Positions 35,453-45,791 of a stretch of DNA of 64,000 nt are shown piece by piece (within the stretch, counting starts at the first letter, position 1; each line of letters begins with the position of its first letter). The notes beneath the pieces were generated by a model. It saw only the letters and a list, made by a program, of their open reading frames with translations, did not search any database and was not told the DNA's origin. Source of the DNA: Candidatus Palauibacter ramosifaciens (GTDB lineage Bacteria > Gemmatimonadota > Gemmatimonadetes > Palauibacterales > Palauibacteraceae); contig VXYT01000112.1 in NCBI GenBank assembly GCA_009845855.1, positions 8,472-72,471 of the forward strand, given 5' to 3'. The position numbers and the translations under genes are program-made.

Positions 35453-35487
35453 TCCCCGGCCACCGAGCGGAACTCGGTGGCCGGGGA
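35453..35487 (-). terminator. 15-bp-stem hairpin (TCCCCGGCCACCGAG-cggaa-CTCGGTGGCCGGGGA), 3' of small secreted gene copy 1 and 5' of glpK
   Basis: It is a perfect inverted repeat. The same palindrome recurs at 37022-37066 in the same relative position after paralog copy 2. Confidence 0.5.
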
Positions 35488-35552
35488 CGGCTCTCGGCGA
35501 AGACCCAACCCCCGCGGACGGAGCTTCGAACCGGTCACGCCTTGCGCGCGGC

Positions 35553-35843
35553 TCATGGACACGGGAGGCCGGCGAGGCCGCCGTTATCCAGGTGGTACCA
35601 CCCGACGGTCATGTTCACGGGAATCCTCCAGATGAACAAACGCACGTAGAACGTCACCTCCTGAGAGCCTACCAGGCGCCCGATTGCGAGATTGTCCGGA
35701 CCTCCGGACACCCACTCCGCACACTCGTCCTGTGCCGCGGCTTCGGACGGTTGGGCCAGCGAAAGCGCCAGGGCTCCCGCAAGAAGCCATGCCACCCCGA
35801 GCAGCCACGCTCCTCCGCGATTTCTCCTCGTCCTCATCATCAT
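35553..35843 (-). CDS. small secreted cysteine-containing protein, paralog copy 1 (start at one of three tandem ATGs 35837/35840/35843)
   Basis: MMMRTRRNRGGAWLLGVAWLLAGALALSLAQPSEAAAQDECAEW... is a signal peptide with an AXA cleavage site. There are 2 Cys in the mature part. Its 5' UTR, signal peptide and first mature residues match the ORF at 37129-37476. Confidence 0.6.
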   Translation of the reverse strand: MMMRTRRNRGGAWLLGVAWLLAGALALSLAQPSEAAAQDECAEWVSGGPDNLAIGRLVGSQEVTFYVRLFIWRIPVNMTVGWYHLDNGGLAGLPCP

Positions 35844-35865
35844 CCACCTCCCCTGATCGGTCAGC

Positions 35866-35888
35866 GAGGGCGACACCCTGCCGCCCTT
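35866..35888 (-). promoter_or_regulatory. conserved 5'-leader hairpin (mRNA AGGGCG-GCAGGGUGU-CGCCCU) just upstream of the SD of secreted-protein copy 1
   Basis: The same stem, with a 2-nt-different loop, occurs at 37502-37524 ahead of copy 2. About 60 nt of leader are conserved between the copies. Confidence 0.4.
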
Positions 35889-35950
35889 CCGATACCAGGA
35901 TCCTGAGAAGCTTCAACGGGGCATCAACGGGAGTCGCGGCGGGGGGAAGA

Positions 35951-37144
35951 TCATCGGTCCCGGTCTACAAGCCGGACCGGCGCGGCTTCGAGGCTCGCAG
36001 TCCACATGGGATTGAGGACCGCCCGATCCAGTCGGTCGATATCGACGCGAACCGCCCGTGCCCATGGTCGATCGACGTCGGCGCCGAAGACCAGGGGGAT
36101 CGCCTCGAGACGCTCCAGGTCCAGTACCCGACCCCTCGTGACCAGACCGTCGGCGGTCACCGCGGAGGTTGTTCCGGCGAGCAGGCGACCATCGTCGAGA
36201 GGCGTAAGGGACATCACCACCGGTGAGGAGAGGACTCGGTCGCGTCCGCCGAGCGCTTCGATCATCTCCTCGTTCTGCTTCACTTCGCGAGCCTGCATCT
36301 CCTTGGGCAGGAAGACGATGCCCACGAGCTCGCCGTCGGGGCGATAACTCACGAGCGCAAGCCGATCCCCGTCGAGGACGTGTACGAGACCGTCGGGCGT
36401 CACCGCGACCCGATCCTCGGGGAGCTGTACTTTGTCTGCGGAGTCGTCGGAGTCTTCGGGGTCGACGATCCACTCGGCCGGGATCGGTCCGAAAGCGGTA
36501 TGCGCCTGCTCCGAAACTCGCGTCAGGTAATGGTCGGGGAACGCATCGCCCGCGACGAGCAGCCCGAGTTCCGGATGTCCCGCGATACCGCTTGCGAGAC
36601 CGGGAAACCGCCGGCTCGCCACGAAATCGCCCTCCAGCGTCAGGTAGGTGACCCGGCCGTTCCCGCTATCGTGGACCAGAACCCGATCATCCGCCCGGGA
36701 CAGATGCCACGGGAGCCTGTACTCTCCAGGTCCTTCCCCCTCCCTGCCCATGGTTCGCACCGGGTTGAGACCCTCATCGAGCAGGACGATACGCGGGTCG
36801 AGCCCGTCGGCGACGAAATAGCCGCCGGGTACGGCCACTACGTCGATGATGGAACCGAAGCTGACGCGTTCGTCCAGTTGATCCAGGTGGGTATCGGACG
36901 GCCCGATTTCGTAAACGTGGCTGGTGCTCTCGCTGAAATAGACACGCCCGTCGTCGGCGTCCGGGCCTCCGCAGCCCGCCGAACCGAGGGCGCCCGCCAG
37001 ACCCAGAGCGATGGTGCGCGAAACCGTCCCCGGCCACCGAGTTCCGCTCGGTGGCCGGGGACGGTTCGCAGCTGCAGCCTCAACTCGCGCGGGACGCGAC
37101 CTCGAACCGATGACTCCGCGCGCTCGACTCACTGGAGGTCCCAT
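35951..37144 (-). CDS. NHL-repeat beta-propeller lipoprotein (start uncertain)
   Basis: Lipobox LGLAGALGSAGCGG. NHL-like repeats recur, e.g. GREGEGPGEYRLPWHL and VYFSESTSHVYEIG. The annotated N-terminal 40 aa include the translated 37022-37066 palindrome (RPRPPSGTRWPGTV) and give an implausibly long n-region. No canonical start lies between the palindrome and the lipobox. Confidence 0.6.
   Translation of the reverse strand: MGPPVSRARGVIGSRSRPARVEAAAANRPRPPSGTRWPGTVSRTIALGLAGALGSAGCGGPDADDGRVYFSESTSHVYEIGPSDTHLDQLDERVSFGSIIDVVAVPGGYFVADGLDPRIVLLDEGLNPVRTMGREGEGPGEYRLPWHLSRADDRVLVHDSGNGRVTYLTLEGDFVASRRFPGLASGIAGHPELGLLVAGDAFPDHYLTRVSEQAHTAFGPIPAEWIVDPEDSDDSADKVQLPEDRVAVTPDGLVHVLDGDRLALVSYRPDGELVGIVFLPKEMQAREVKQNEEMIEALGGRDRVLSSPVVMSLTPLDDGRLLAGTTSAVTADGLVTRGRVLDLERLEAIPLVFGADVDRPWARAVRVDIDRLDRAVLNPMWTASLEAAPVRLVDRDR
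37022..37066 (-). terminator. 20-bp-stem hairpin (AACCGTCCCCGGCCACCGAG-ttccg-CTCGGTGGCCGGGGACGGTT), 3' of secreted gene copy 2
   Basis: Second copy of the CCCCGGCCACCGAG palindrome, with the loop inverted relative to copy 1. Confidence 0.5.
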
Positions 37145-37476
37145 TCCGTGTAGTCATCGCACCGGAGGCTCAGGTGGCTTCCATCGTGCATCCGGTAGAC
37201 GCCGACGTTGAAGCTCACCGCGATGCTGCCGTTGAGCCCGCCGCTCAGGCCGGCGCCCTCGACGCCGGCGCTGCCGCCGAAGGTGGCGGTAACCCGCTGC
37301 CAGCCTATCAGCGTTCCACTCGCCGGAAAGTCCCGACCTCCCGAGATGTAGTCCCCACACTCGCTCTGCGCCGCGGCCTCGGACGGCTGCGCCAGCGAGA
37401 CCGCCAATGCCCCCGCGAAGGCCCACGCCACGGCGAGCGGCCACGCCGTTTTCCTGCCTCTCCTCGTCCTCATCAT
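37129..37476 (-). CDS. small secreted cysteine-containing protein, paralog copy 2
   Basis: MMRTRRGRKTAWPLAVAWAFAGALAVSLAQPSEAAAQSECGDY...RCDDYTEWDLQ. SD GGAGGTGGACG sits 6 nt before the first ATG. Confidence 0.6.
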   Translation of the reverse strand: MMRTRRGRKTAWPLAVAWAFAGALAVSLAQPSEAAAQSECGDYISGGRDFPASGTLIGWQRVTATFGGSAGVEGAGLSGGLNGSIAVSFNVGVYRMHDGSHLSLRCDDYTEWDLQ

Positions 37477-37501
37477 CGTCCACCTCCCCTGATTGATACC
37501 G

Positions 37502-37524
37502 GAGGGCGACGCCGTGCCGCCCTC
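37502..37524 (-). promoter_or_regulatory. conserved 5'-leader hairpin (mRNA GAGGGCG-GCACGGCGU-CGCCCUC) upstream of secreted-protein copy 2
   Basis: See 35866-35888. The stem is identical and the loop differs at two positions. Confidence 0.4.
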
Positions 37525-37626
37525 TCCAGCACAAGGATCGGGGCGGACATCAACGAACTATCAACCCGCGCGCCCCGGCCATGAGCCGCGCGAGCCGCCA
37601 ACGAACGGTGGATCGGGGAGGGCGAC

Positions 37627-39994
<2,368 letters not shown>

Positions 39995-39998
<4 letters not shown>

Positions 39999-41167
39999 GC
40001 GATCAGCCGTCCATTGCGCAGGCGCCAGCGCGCGAGCTTCCCACCTAACAGCCCTACGTCACCGGGCTTGGGCGCCGTGAGAATCACCTGACCGCCCCGC
40101 TCGGACTCGAAGAGGCGAAACAGCCGGTCGGAACGTCCCTCGTCGAGTTCCGCAAACACGTCGTCGAGGACGTACAGCGGCTCGCGGCCGAGCCGTTCCC
40201 TGAGCCGATCCGCTTCGAGCAGGCGCAGGGCGAGCGCTGCCGTGCGCTGCTGTCCGCTCGACCCGTAGCTCCGGAGGTCGCGGGGGCCCTCCGGCGCCTC
40301 GACTTCGAACCGGATCTCGTCACGGTGCGGGCCCACCACGGTCATGCCCTGCCGACGCTCACGTTCTCCGGCCCTCTCGAGCGCGTGTCGAAAGCGGTCC
40401 TCCCACGACACCGCGCCCTCCGCACCGTCCGTTCCGCCATTCGAAGCGATCGAAGCCGAATACCGAAGCCCCGCCCGGTCTCCTCCCGAGATCCGTGCGT
40501 AGAAATCGGCGTATCGCTCCGCCCCCTCCGACACCCACTCCGCCCGCCTTTCCGTGAGGACTCCGCCCGCCTCGATCAACCCTTCCGTCCACGCTTCGAT
40601 CTCGTCGTTCGACCCGCCGCGCCGCAGCGCCTCGTTCCGCTGCGACAGAAGACCCCGGTAGCGCTGCAGCGCCGGCAGGTAGCCCACCACGCCCACCGAG
40701 AGCGCGACGTCGAGGAAGCGACGCCGCAGCGTCGGCCCTCCGCGCACGATCTCGGCGTCGTCGAGGCGGAACGCCGCGACCCCCACCGAGCCGATCCCCG
40801 CCGAAACCCGCTCCACCTCGAGCGCGTCGATCTCGACCTTCTTGATCCGTTGAGACCGGTCGTAGGCCGCAGCCACGGACATCCCCCCCTCCACCTCACC
40901 TTCCACCCGAAACACGGTCTGTCCGAACCGCACAAGGTCGCGGTCCCGCACGCCTCGAAAGGACCGAAAAACCTCGAGGTAGCAGATCGCCTCGAGGAGG
41001 TTCGTCTTGCCCGATCCGTTGGGCCCGATGATCGCGACGCCGGCTTCGGGAAACTCGCATTCGAGTCGTTCGAAGTTGCGGTAGTCGCGCAGGATCAAGC
41101 GCCTGAGAAAAGGCGCGGAGGACGCCTCGGGCTGGCGGATGGGCGGTGCCTCCGGTGTCTTCGTCAC
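39995..41167 (-). CDS. recF: DNA replication and repair protein RecF
   Basis: LRRLILRDYRNFERLE...IIGPNGSGKTNLLEAICYLE is Walker A. A C-terminal signature LSSGQQRTAALALRL and a Walker B LYVLDDVFAELD are also present. Confidence 0.9.
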
Positions 41168-41292
41168 AGGCTTGTGAAAATACGGCGAAAAGCCTTATAC
41201 CGCAAGGAAATTTGTCCGTTGGAGGCCTTCTCCGGAAAGCACCGCCGAGCGGTTGCCCGAGAGGCTCCCCGCAGGCAGCTTCGAAGACGTCC

Positions 41293-42135
41293 ATGACACG
41301 CCTCGACCGCCGCGGCGCACGCCGCCCGATCACGCGAAACAGAGCCCTGCGAGGGGCGGTCTCCTCCCTCGGGTTGGCGTGGCTCCTGTTACCGGTCCAC
41401 CTCGCCGCGCAGACCGTTGAAGCGCCTCCGGATTCGCGGACGCCGGGCGCGAGCCGGATCGGGCGGGATATCGCCCTCGCGGCAGGCGTGCTCGGCGGCA
41501 CCTTCCTCCTCGACGAGCACGTCCGCAGCCTGGCGCTGGACCATCAGGGCACGTTGGGACGTGATCTGGCCGAGGCGGGCCACACGTACGGCGACTGGCA
41601 GCGGACCGCGCCATTTCTCGCCGGGGGCGGGATTCTGCTCGGCGTCGCGTTGGACGGGGAACGGGGCGTCCGGCGGGCGACCTCGGCCTTCTTCGGCGTC
41701 TTCGCCGGCTCGATGTCGAACACCGTCCTCAACTGGACGCTGGGACGAAGCCGCCCGAGAGACGAGCGGGGCGTCCTGCACTTCGACCCCTTCCGGGGCA
41801 ACGCATCGCTGGGTTCCGGCCATACGGCCTATGCCTTCGCCATTGCCGCCGCCGTCGATGAGGTGACCGACGGCGGGTGGGCGATCCCCTTCTACGCGGC
41901 CGCCGCGGGCACGGGAATCGCCCGCATCTACGGAGACCGCCACTGGCTTTCCGACGTGGTCGTCGGCGGCTTCATCGGCTGGTGGGTGGGCGGCCGGGCG
42001 ACGGCCGCCGCCGCGGGCTGGCTCGGGATCGAACCCTCGTCCGCCGCCCCCGGAGTCTCTCCTTCCGCCCGCGCCCGGATCCGTCCGCTGATCGCCGGGG
42101 ACGCGCTGGGCGTTCAGGTCCGCTTCCGGGAGTAG
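41293..42135 (+). CDS. PAP2-family membrane phosphatase
   Basis: Shows the three PAP2 motifs: GRSRPRDE (KxxxxxxRP), PSGHTAY and GDRHWLSDVVVG (SRxxxxxHxxxD). The ATG at 41293 sits before the signal/TM region. Confidence 0.8.
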   Translation: MTRLDRRGARRPITRNRALRGAVSSLGLAWLLLPVHLAAQTVEAPPDSRTPGASRIGRDIALAAGVLGGTFLLDEHVRSLALDHQGTLGRDLAEAGHTYGDWQRTAPFLAGGGILLGVALDGERGVRRATSAFFGVFAGSMSNTVLNWTLGRSRPRDERGVLHFDPFRGNASLGSGHTAYAFAIAAAVDEVTDGGWAIPFYAAAAGTGIARIYGDRHWLSDVVVGGFIGWWVGGRATAAAAGWLGIEPSSAAPGVSPSARARIRPLIAGDALGVQVRFRE

Positions 42136-42187
42136 CTCCCGAGGCGCCTTCGAGTGGCTCGGGCGGACCGGAGCGGGTGATGCCGCC

Positions 42188-42727
42188 TCAGGGCCCAGCG
42201 TCCGGGAGCAGCGATGTCCTCCAGGCCTCCAGCTGCCTGATGGTATACTGTCGCCTGAGCGGTCGGCGCGGACGTACGCCGACACTCGTCGCCAGGGCCT
42301 CAAGCGAAACAACTCGATCGAGCCATCCGAGTGCGTGAGCCGCCGTTACTGCCGCCTTGTCGCAACTACACAGGATGAAGCCATCTGCCAGCATGTATGC
42401 CAACGCCAACAAGTCGCGCTCACCGGCGTCGAGGCGGTGGGCATCGGGGTACTGCAAACGAAAGGTGACGTCCGCTGCGCTGGACAGCGTTCTCACGGTG
42501 GCGCGGGCGATGTCCTGTTCGCGCACTGGGACGTACCCGCGCATGGAAGGATCGCCGCGCCGCAGTTCTTCCGCACACTCCTCGACTGTGACGATCTGTC
42601 TGCCACCGGCCACGGCGTTCCAGCAACCGGTATCCACCGCCTCGATGACGATCATGGTGTCCACGAGTACGATGTCGTTCGGGGCGAAACCTACGGGTTC
42701 ACGCCTCGAAATACGTCTCGTGGCCAT
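42188..42727 (-). CDS. PIN-like small protein (DUF4411-like) coupled to the upstream XRE/ImmA gene; candidate toxin/nuclease partner
   Basis: Its first 29 nt overlap the upstream gene's 3' end. N-terminus NDIVLVDTMIVIEAVDTGCWNAVAGG resembles the PIN/DUF4411 start, with acidic residues positioned as in PIN folds. Confidence 0.45.
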   Translation of the reverse strand: MATRRISRREPVGFAPNDIVLVDTMIVIEAVDTGCWNAVAGGRQIVTVEECAEELRRGDPSMRGYVPVREQDIARATVRTLSSAADVTFRLQYPDAHRLDAGERDLLALAYMLADGFILCSCDKAAVTAAHALGWLDRVVSLEALATSVGVRPRRPLRRQYTIRQLEAWRTSLLPDAGP

Positions 42728-43823
42728 AACCTCGGATGAGGGAAACGAGATCCGCCAACGACAGGCCGAGCAGAGTAGCCGCCCGCCTTACGGAGAGGCG
42801 ACCAGCATCCAGGGCTACAACGACGCGATCGATGAACGGCTTGCTGAATGCCGGCACTTCGGGGGGGGGATCGGTTGTGTGCCCGTTGGCCACGAAGCGC
42901 CGGTCATCGATCTCCGCGAGATCCGACCCTGCGAGCAGTCCGGCGTTGTGAAGACGCCACTTGCAGGCCGTTCCGGAGACGCGGAAATCGTCCGCGATCT
43001 CATTGATCCGCTGGTGGATGCCGGTTTCCCCCGCCGACCGCTCCCACCGCTGCCGCAGCATCTTCTCGGGCATGAGGATCGCGGCGGCGAAGTTCTCGGC
43101 AAGTCGCTCGACACGCCACCCCTTTCCGGTTCTTGGAACGCTAACGTCTTCGGTCCGCTCGGGTGGCATTGCGTCCCACGTCAGCAGATGAAACAGCTCG
43201 TGGGCCAGGTCGAAGTTCCGACGTCGTTCAGGATCGTTACGATTAACCAACACACAACTCAGCCCGGGAACCCTCGAGGCTGCACCGGAAACGCCAGGTG
43301 GTGTGTCGACATCGAGCACCAGGATTGAGGCGCGGCTCTCCATGGCCGAACGCAGCTTCGCCGCGGGGCACGAGCCCAGTTGCCAGCGATCAGCTACCGA
43401 CTCCCCGGAGGCTTGGGCGTCCTCGAAGGATGATCCGGCCGTGAGGGCCAGCTTGGACTCCAGCCACCGCGGCTCAAAACCCTGCTCCAGGGAGAGCTCA
43501 CGGTACATGGCAATCCAGCGTCCCGCGCAATCTTCGAAGTCGTCGAGCACCGCACCCGCGACGCCCGTACTCGTCCTGAACGAGAACTGGCCCTCGCCCA
43601 CGAGTCGAAAGGGGTCGGTGAAGTAGTCAAGATCGACCCCGAGCACGTCCATGGCGCTGACCAGTTCCCTCGCGCTCAGAGGTCGTTCCCCGGATTCGAT
43701 GCTGGCAATCGTCTGCCGATGCCGGAGGCCTAAGGCGCCGGCAAGTTCCTCTTGCGTCAGGCGAGCGCGTTTTCGGGCCGCCCTGAAACGGAGGCCAACG
43801 CGAGGATCGGATGCCAACGACAT
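42699..43823 (-). CDS. XRE-family HTH fused to ImmA/IrrE (COG2856) zinc metallopeptidase domain
   Basis: N-terminal HTH: RLTQEELAGALGLRHRQTIASIESGERPLSARELVSAMDVLGV. Central HExxH: FDLAHELFHLL. The 374-aa architecture matches ImmA/IrrE-like anti-repressor proteases. Confidence 0.8.
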   Translation of the reverse strand: MSLASDPRVGLRFRAARKRARLTQEELAGALGLRHRQTIASIESGERPLSARELVSAMDVLGVDLDYFTDPFRLVGEGQFSFRTSTGVAGAVLDDFEDCAGRWIAMYRELSLEQGFEPRWLESKLALTAGSSFEDAQASGESVADRWQLGSCPAAKLRSAMESRASILVLDVDTPPGVSGAASRVPGLSCVLVNRNDPERRRNFDLAHELFHLLTWDAMPPERTEDVSVPRTGKGWRVERLAENFAAAILMPEKMLRQRWERSAGETGIHQRINEIADDFRVSGTACKWRLHNAGLLAGSDLAEIDDRRFVANGHTTDPPPEVPAFSKPFIDRVVVALDAGRLSVRRAATLLGLSLADLVSLIRGYGHETYFEA

Positions 43824-43826
43824 AAA

Positions 43827-43861
43827 TGCAATCTATTCTTGCATCAAACGATTTGCAATCT
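43827..43861 (-). promoter_or_regulatory. putative autoregulatory operator: palindrome ATGCAA-N6-TTGCAT plus a direct repeat TGCAATCT x2 in an AT-rich patch immediately upstream of the XRE/ImmA start
   Basis: Palindrome arms at 43827-43832 and 43839-43844. TGCAATCT occurs at 43828-43835 and 43854-43861. The local GC is far below the ~70% background. No SD is present, so a leaderless mRNA is possible. Confidence 0.4.
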
Positions 43862-43930
43862 CACACGCCATGGAGACGGTAGGTGGACCGGAAGACGCCA
43901 CGCCGTCCTCCGGTCCGTTTGGGGCGCACA

Positions 43931-44817
43931 CTACAGCACGAAGCTGGACACTACCGGTTCGTCGCCGCTGTAGTCGTAGAAGCCCTTCCCCGTCTTCCGG
44001 CCGTGGTATCCGGCCAGGTACATGCGGCGCAGGAGAGGCGGAGAGGCGAAGCGCGCCTCCTTGTACTCGTCGTACATGATCCCCGTGATGTGGTACAGCG
44101 TGTCGAGCCCCACGAAATCGCCCAGCGTGAACGGGCCCATCGGGTAGCCGCAGCCCAGCCGCAGCCCCTTGTCGATGTCGGGGATCGATGCGACCCCGGC
44201 TTCGTACGCGCGAATCGCGTCGAGCATGTACGGCACGAGCAGCCGGTTCACCACGAAGCCGGTATTGTCGCCACAGGCGATCGGGCTCTTCCCGAGCGAT
44301 CCGGCGAAGGCGAAGGCCGCCTCGAACGTTTCATCCGCAGTCTGCCCGCAGCGGACGACCTCCACCAGCGGCATGACCGGAACGGGGCTGAAGAAGTGGA
44401 GCCCGACGAAACGCTCCGGCCGATCCGTCTCCGCGGCGAGTTCGGTGATGGACAGGCTCGATGTGTTGGAGGCGAAGATCGTCTCTCCGGCGCACAGTCC
44501 GCCAAGCTCGGCGAAGAGCGCGTGTTTCGCTCCGAGGTTCTCGGTGATCGCCTCGATGATGAGGTCGCACTCCGCCAGGTCGCCCGGCTCGAGGGTCGGG
44601 TGGAGGCGAGCCATCGTCTCGTCCCGGTCCGCCGCACCAAGCTTCTCCTTATGCACGGCGCGGTCGAGGTTCTTTCGGATCCCGGCCAGCCCGCGGTCGA
44701 GGAGGCCCTGCTCCACCTCCCGCACGATCGTCTCATAGCCGGCCGCCGCGCTGACCTGCGCGATCCCGCCTCCCATCAATCCCGCTCCGACCACCCCGAC
44801 CTTCCGAATTTCAGCCA
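43931..44817 (-). CDS. 3-hydroxyacyl-CoA / 3-hydroxybutyryl-CoA dehydrogenase
   Basis: TTG start at 44817, with SD GGAGGGAG 7 nt upstream. (M)AEIRKVGVVGAGLMGGGIAQV is the NAD Rossmann motif. The C-terminal dimerisation domain is conserved. The ORF-track N-terminal extension (to 45157) has no start codon in frame before this and crosses the repeat region. Confidence 0.85.
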
Positions 44818-44832
44818 ATGTCCACTCCCTCC

Positions 44833-44896
44833 ATGTCTGTTGGTGCGATTGTCTGTTGGTGCGATTGTCTGCTGGTGCGATTGTCTGCTGGTGCGG
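44833..44896. repeat. 4 tandem copies of a 16-bp unit TGTCTG(T/C)TGGTGCG(A/G)T in the hbd promoter region
   Basis: Copies at 44833-48, 44849-64, 44865-80 and 44881-96. Copies 1 and 2 are identical. Copy 3 has 1 substitution and copy 4 has 2. The array starts 16 bp upstream of the hbd start codon. Confidence 0.9.
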
Positions 44897-44918
44897 TGGC
44901 GCGCGGAACCACACGCCC

Positions 44919-45791
44919 TCAGCGGAGGAGCTTCCGGTGCCACGGTTCCTCGGCGCTGCGAAGATTCTCGCCGCGTTCGAGTCGGTCCAGAAGACCCTGA
45001 AGCGCGAGTTCCATCCGCTGCCTGACCTTCCGCATGTCGGCCCGCGCGGACACCGCCGCGATGGCCGTGAAACCCGAGAAGATCGCCAGTCCTCCCATGA
45101 GCGGCAGGATGCCGCCCCCCGTCGCCATGAACAGGCCGAAACCACCGGCCGCTCCACCCAGTCCCATCCCGGCGAACCAGCCGCCGAGCCGCTCCGCCCT
45201 CATGTTGCCGACGTCTGCCGTCAGCGTGACGAGCGACCACCCACTCTCCAGGGCTTCCACGCTGACCTGGAGGTTCCGCGACTTCGCGAGCGTGTACCGT
45301 CGGCCGCCGACATCCATCGCGCGGCGCATCTGGCTGACGAGGCCGGTCCCCGGCTCCCAGAGCGATCCGCCCGGTCGCGACCGTACCTGCCGGAGAAGCT
45401 CCTCTTCGCGCAGGTACGATTCGAGATTCGCTTCCACATCCGCGGGACTCCCGGGCACCACGCGGCTCGTGCTCACGATCGCGGGACCCACGATCCGGCG
45501 CGCGAGCCCCTCATCGGCAGGCGCATCCGGGATGAGGGAGGCGGCTTCCACCTCGGCCAGCGCCTGCCGGACGTAGCGCTCCTCGATCCCGACTTCCGCT
45601 CCGATCTGGACGACTTCGCCCGCCCCGAGTTCCCCGCCGACCGAGGTGGAACTGCGGAACTGGAGATCGGACGCGCGCCGGATCACACGTTCGAGTTGCT
45701 CCTGCGTGACCGTGCGGGGCAGCGACGAGCGGCGTGCCGGGGGACCGGACTCGCCTGAACCCTCGCGATCCTCGTCAGCCGGCGGCATCGC
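44919..45791 (-). CDS. hypothetical membrane protein co-transcribed downstream of the SPFH gene
   Basis: A soluble N-terminal region is followed by a Gly-rich TM region: [43 protein letters not shown]. The likely start ATG at 45791 overlaps the SPFH stop by 17 nt. It is not a canonical NfeD. Confidence 0.45.
   Translation of the reverse strand, partial: AMPPADEDREGSGESGPPARRSSLPRTVTQEQLERVIRRASDLQFRSSTSVGGELGAGEVVQIGAEVGIEERYVRQALAEVEAASLIPDAPADEGLARRIVGPAIVSTSRVVPGSPADVEANLESYLREEELLRQVRSRPGGSLWEPGTGLVSQMRRAMDVGGRRYTLAKSRNLQVSVEALESGWSLVTLTADVGNMRAERLGGWFAGMGLGGAAGGFGLFMATGGGILPLMGGLAIFSGFTAIAAVSARADMRKVRQRMELALQGLLDRLERGENLRSAEEPWHRKLLR

Noticed and set aside
36380-37153. 257-aa plus-strand ORF
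   Set aside because: It is antisense to the NHL-repeat lipoprotein gene and has no motifs.
42357-43328. 323-aa plus-strand ORF
   Set aside because: It is antisense to the XRE/ImmA fusion gene, which has HTH and HExxH motifs.
44833-44896. Possibility that the 16-bp tandem repeats are a CRISPR array
   Set aside because: Only 4 directly abutting copies with no spacers, far shorter than CRISPR repeats, and no cas genes in the window.
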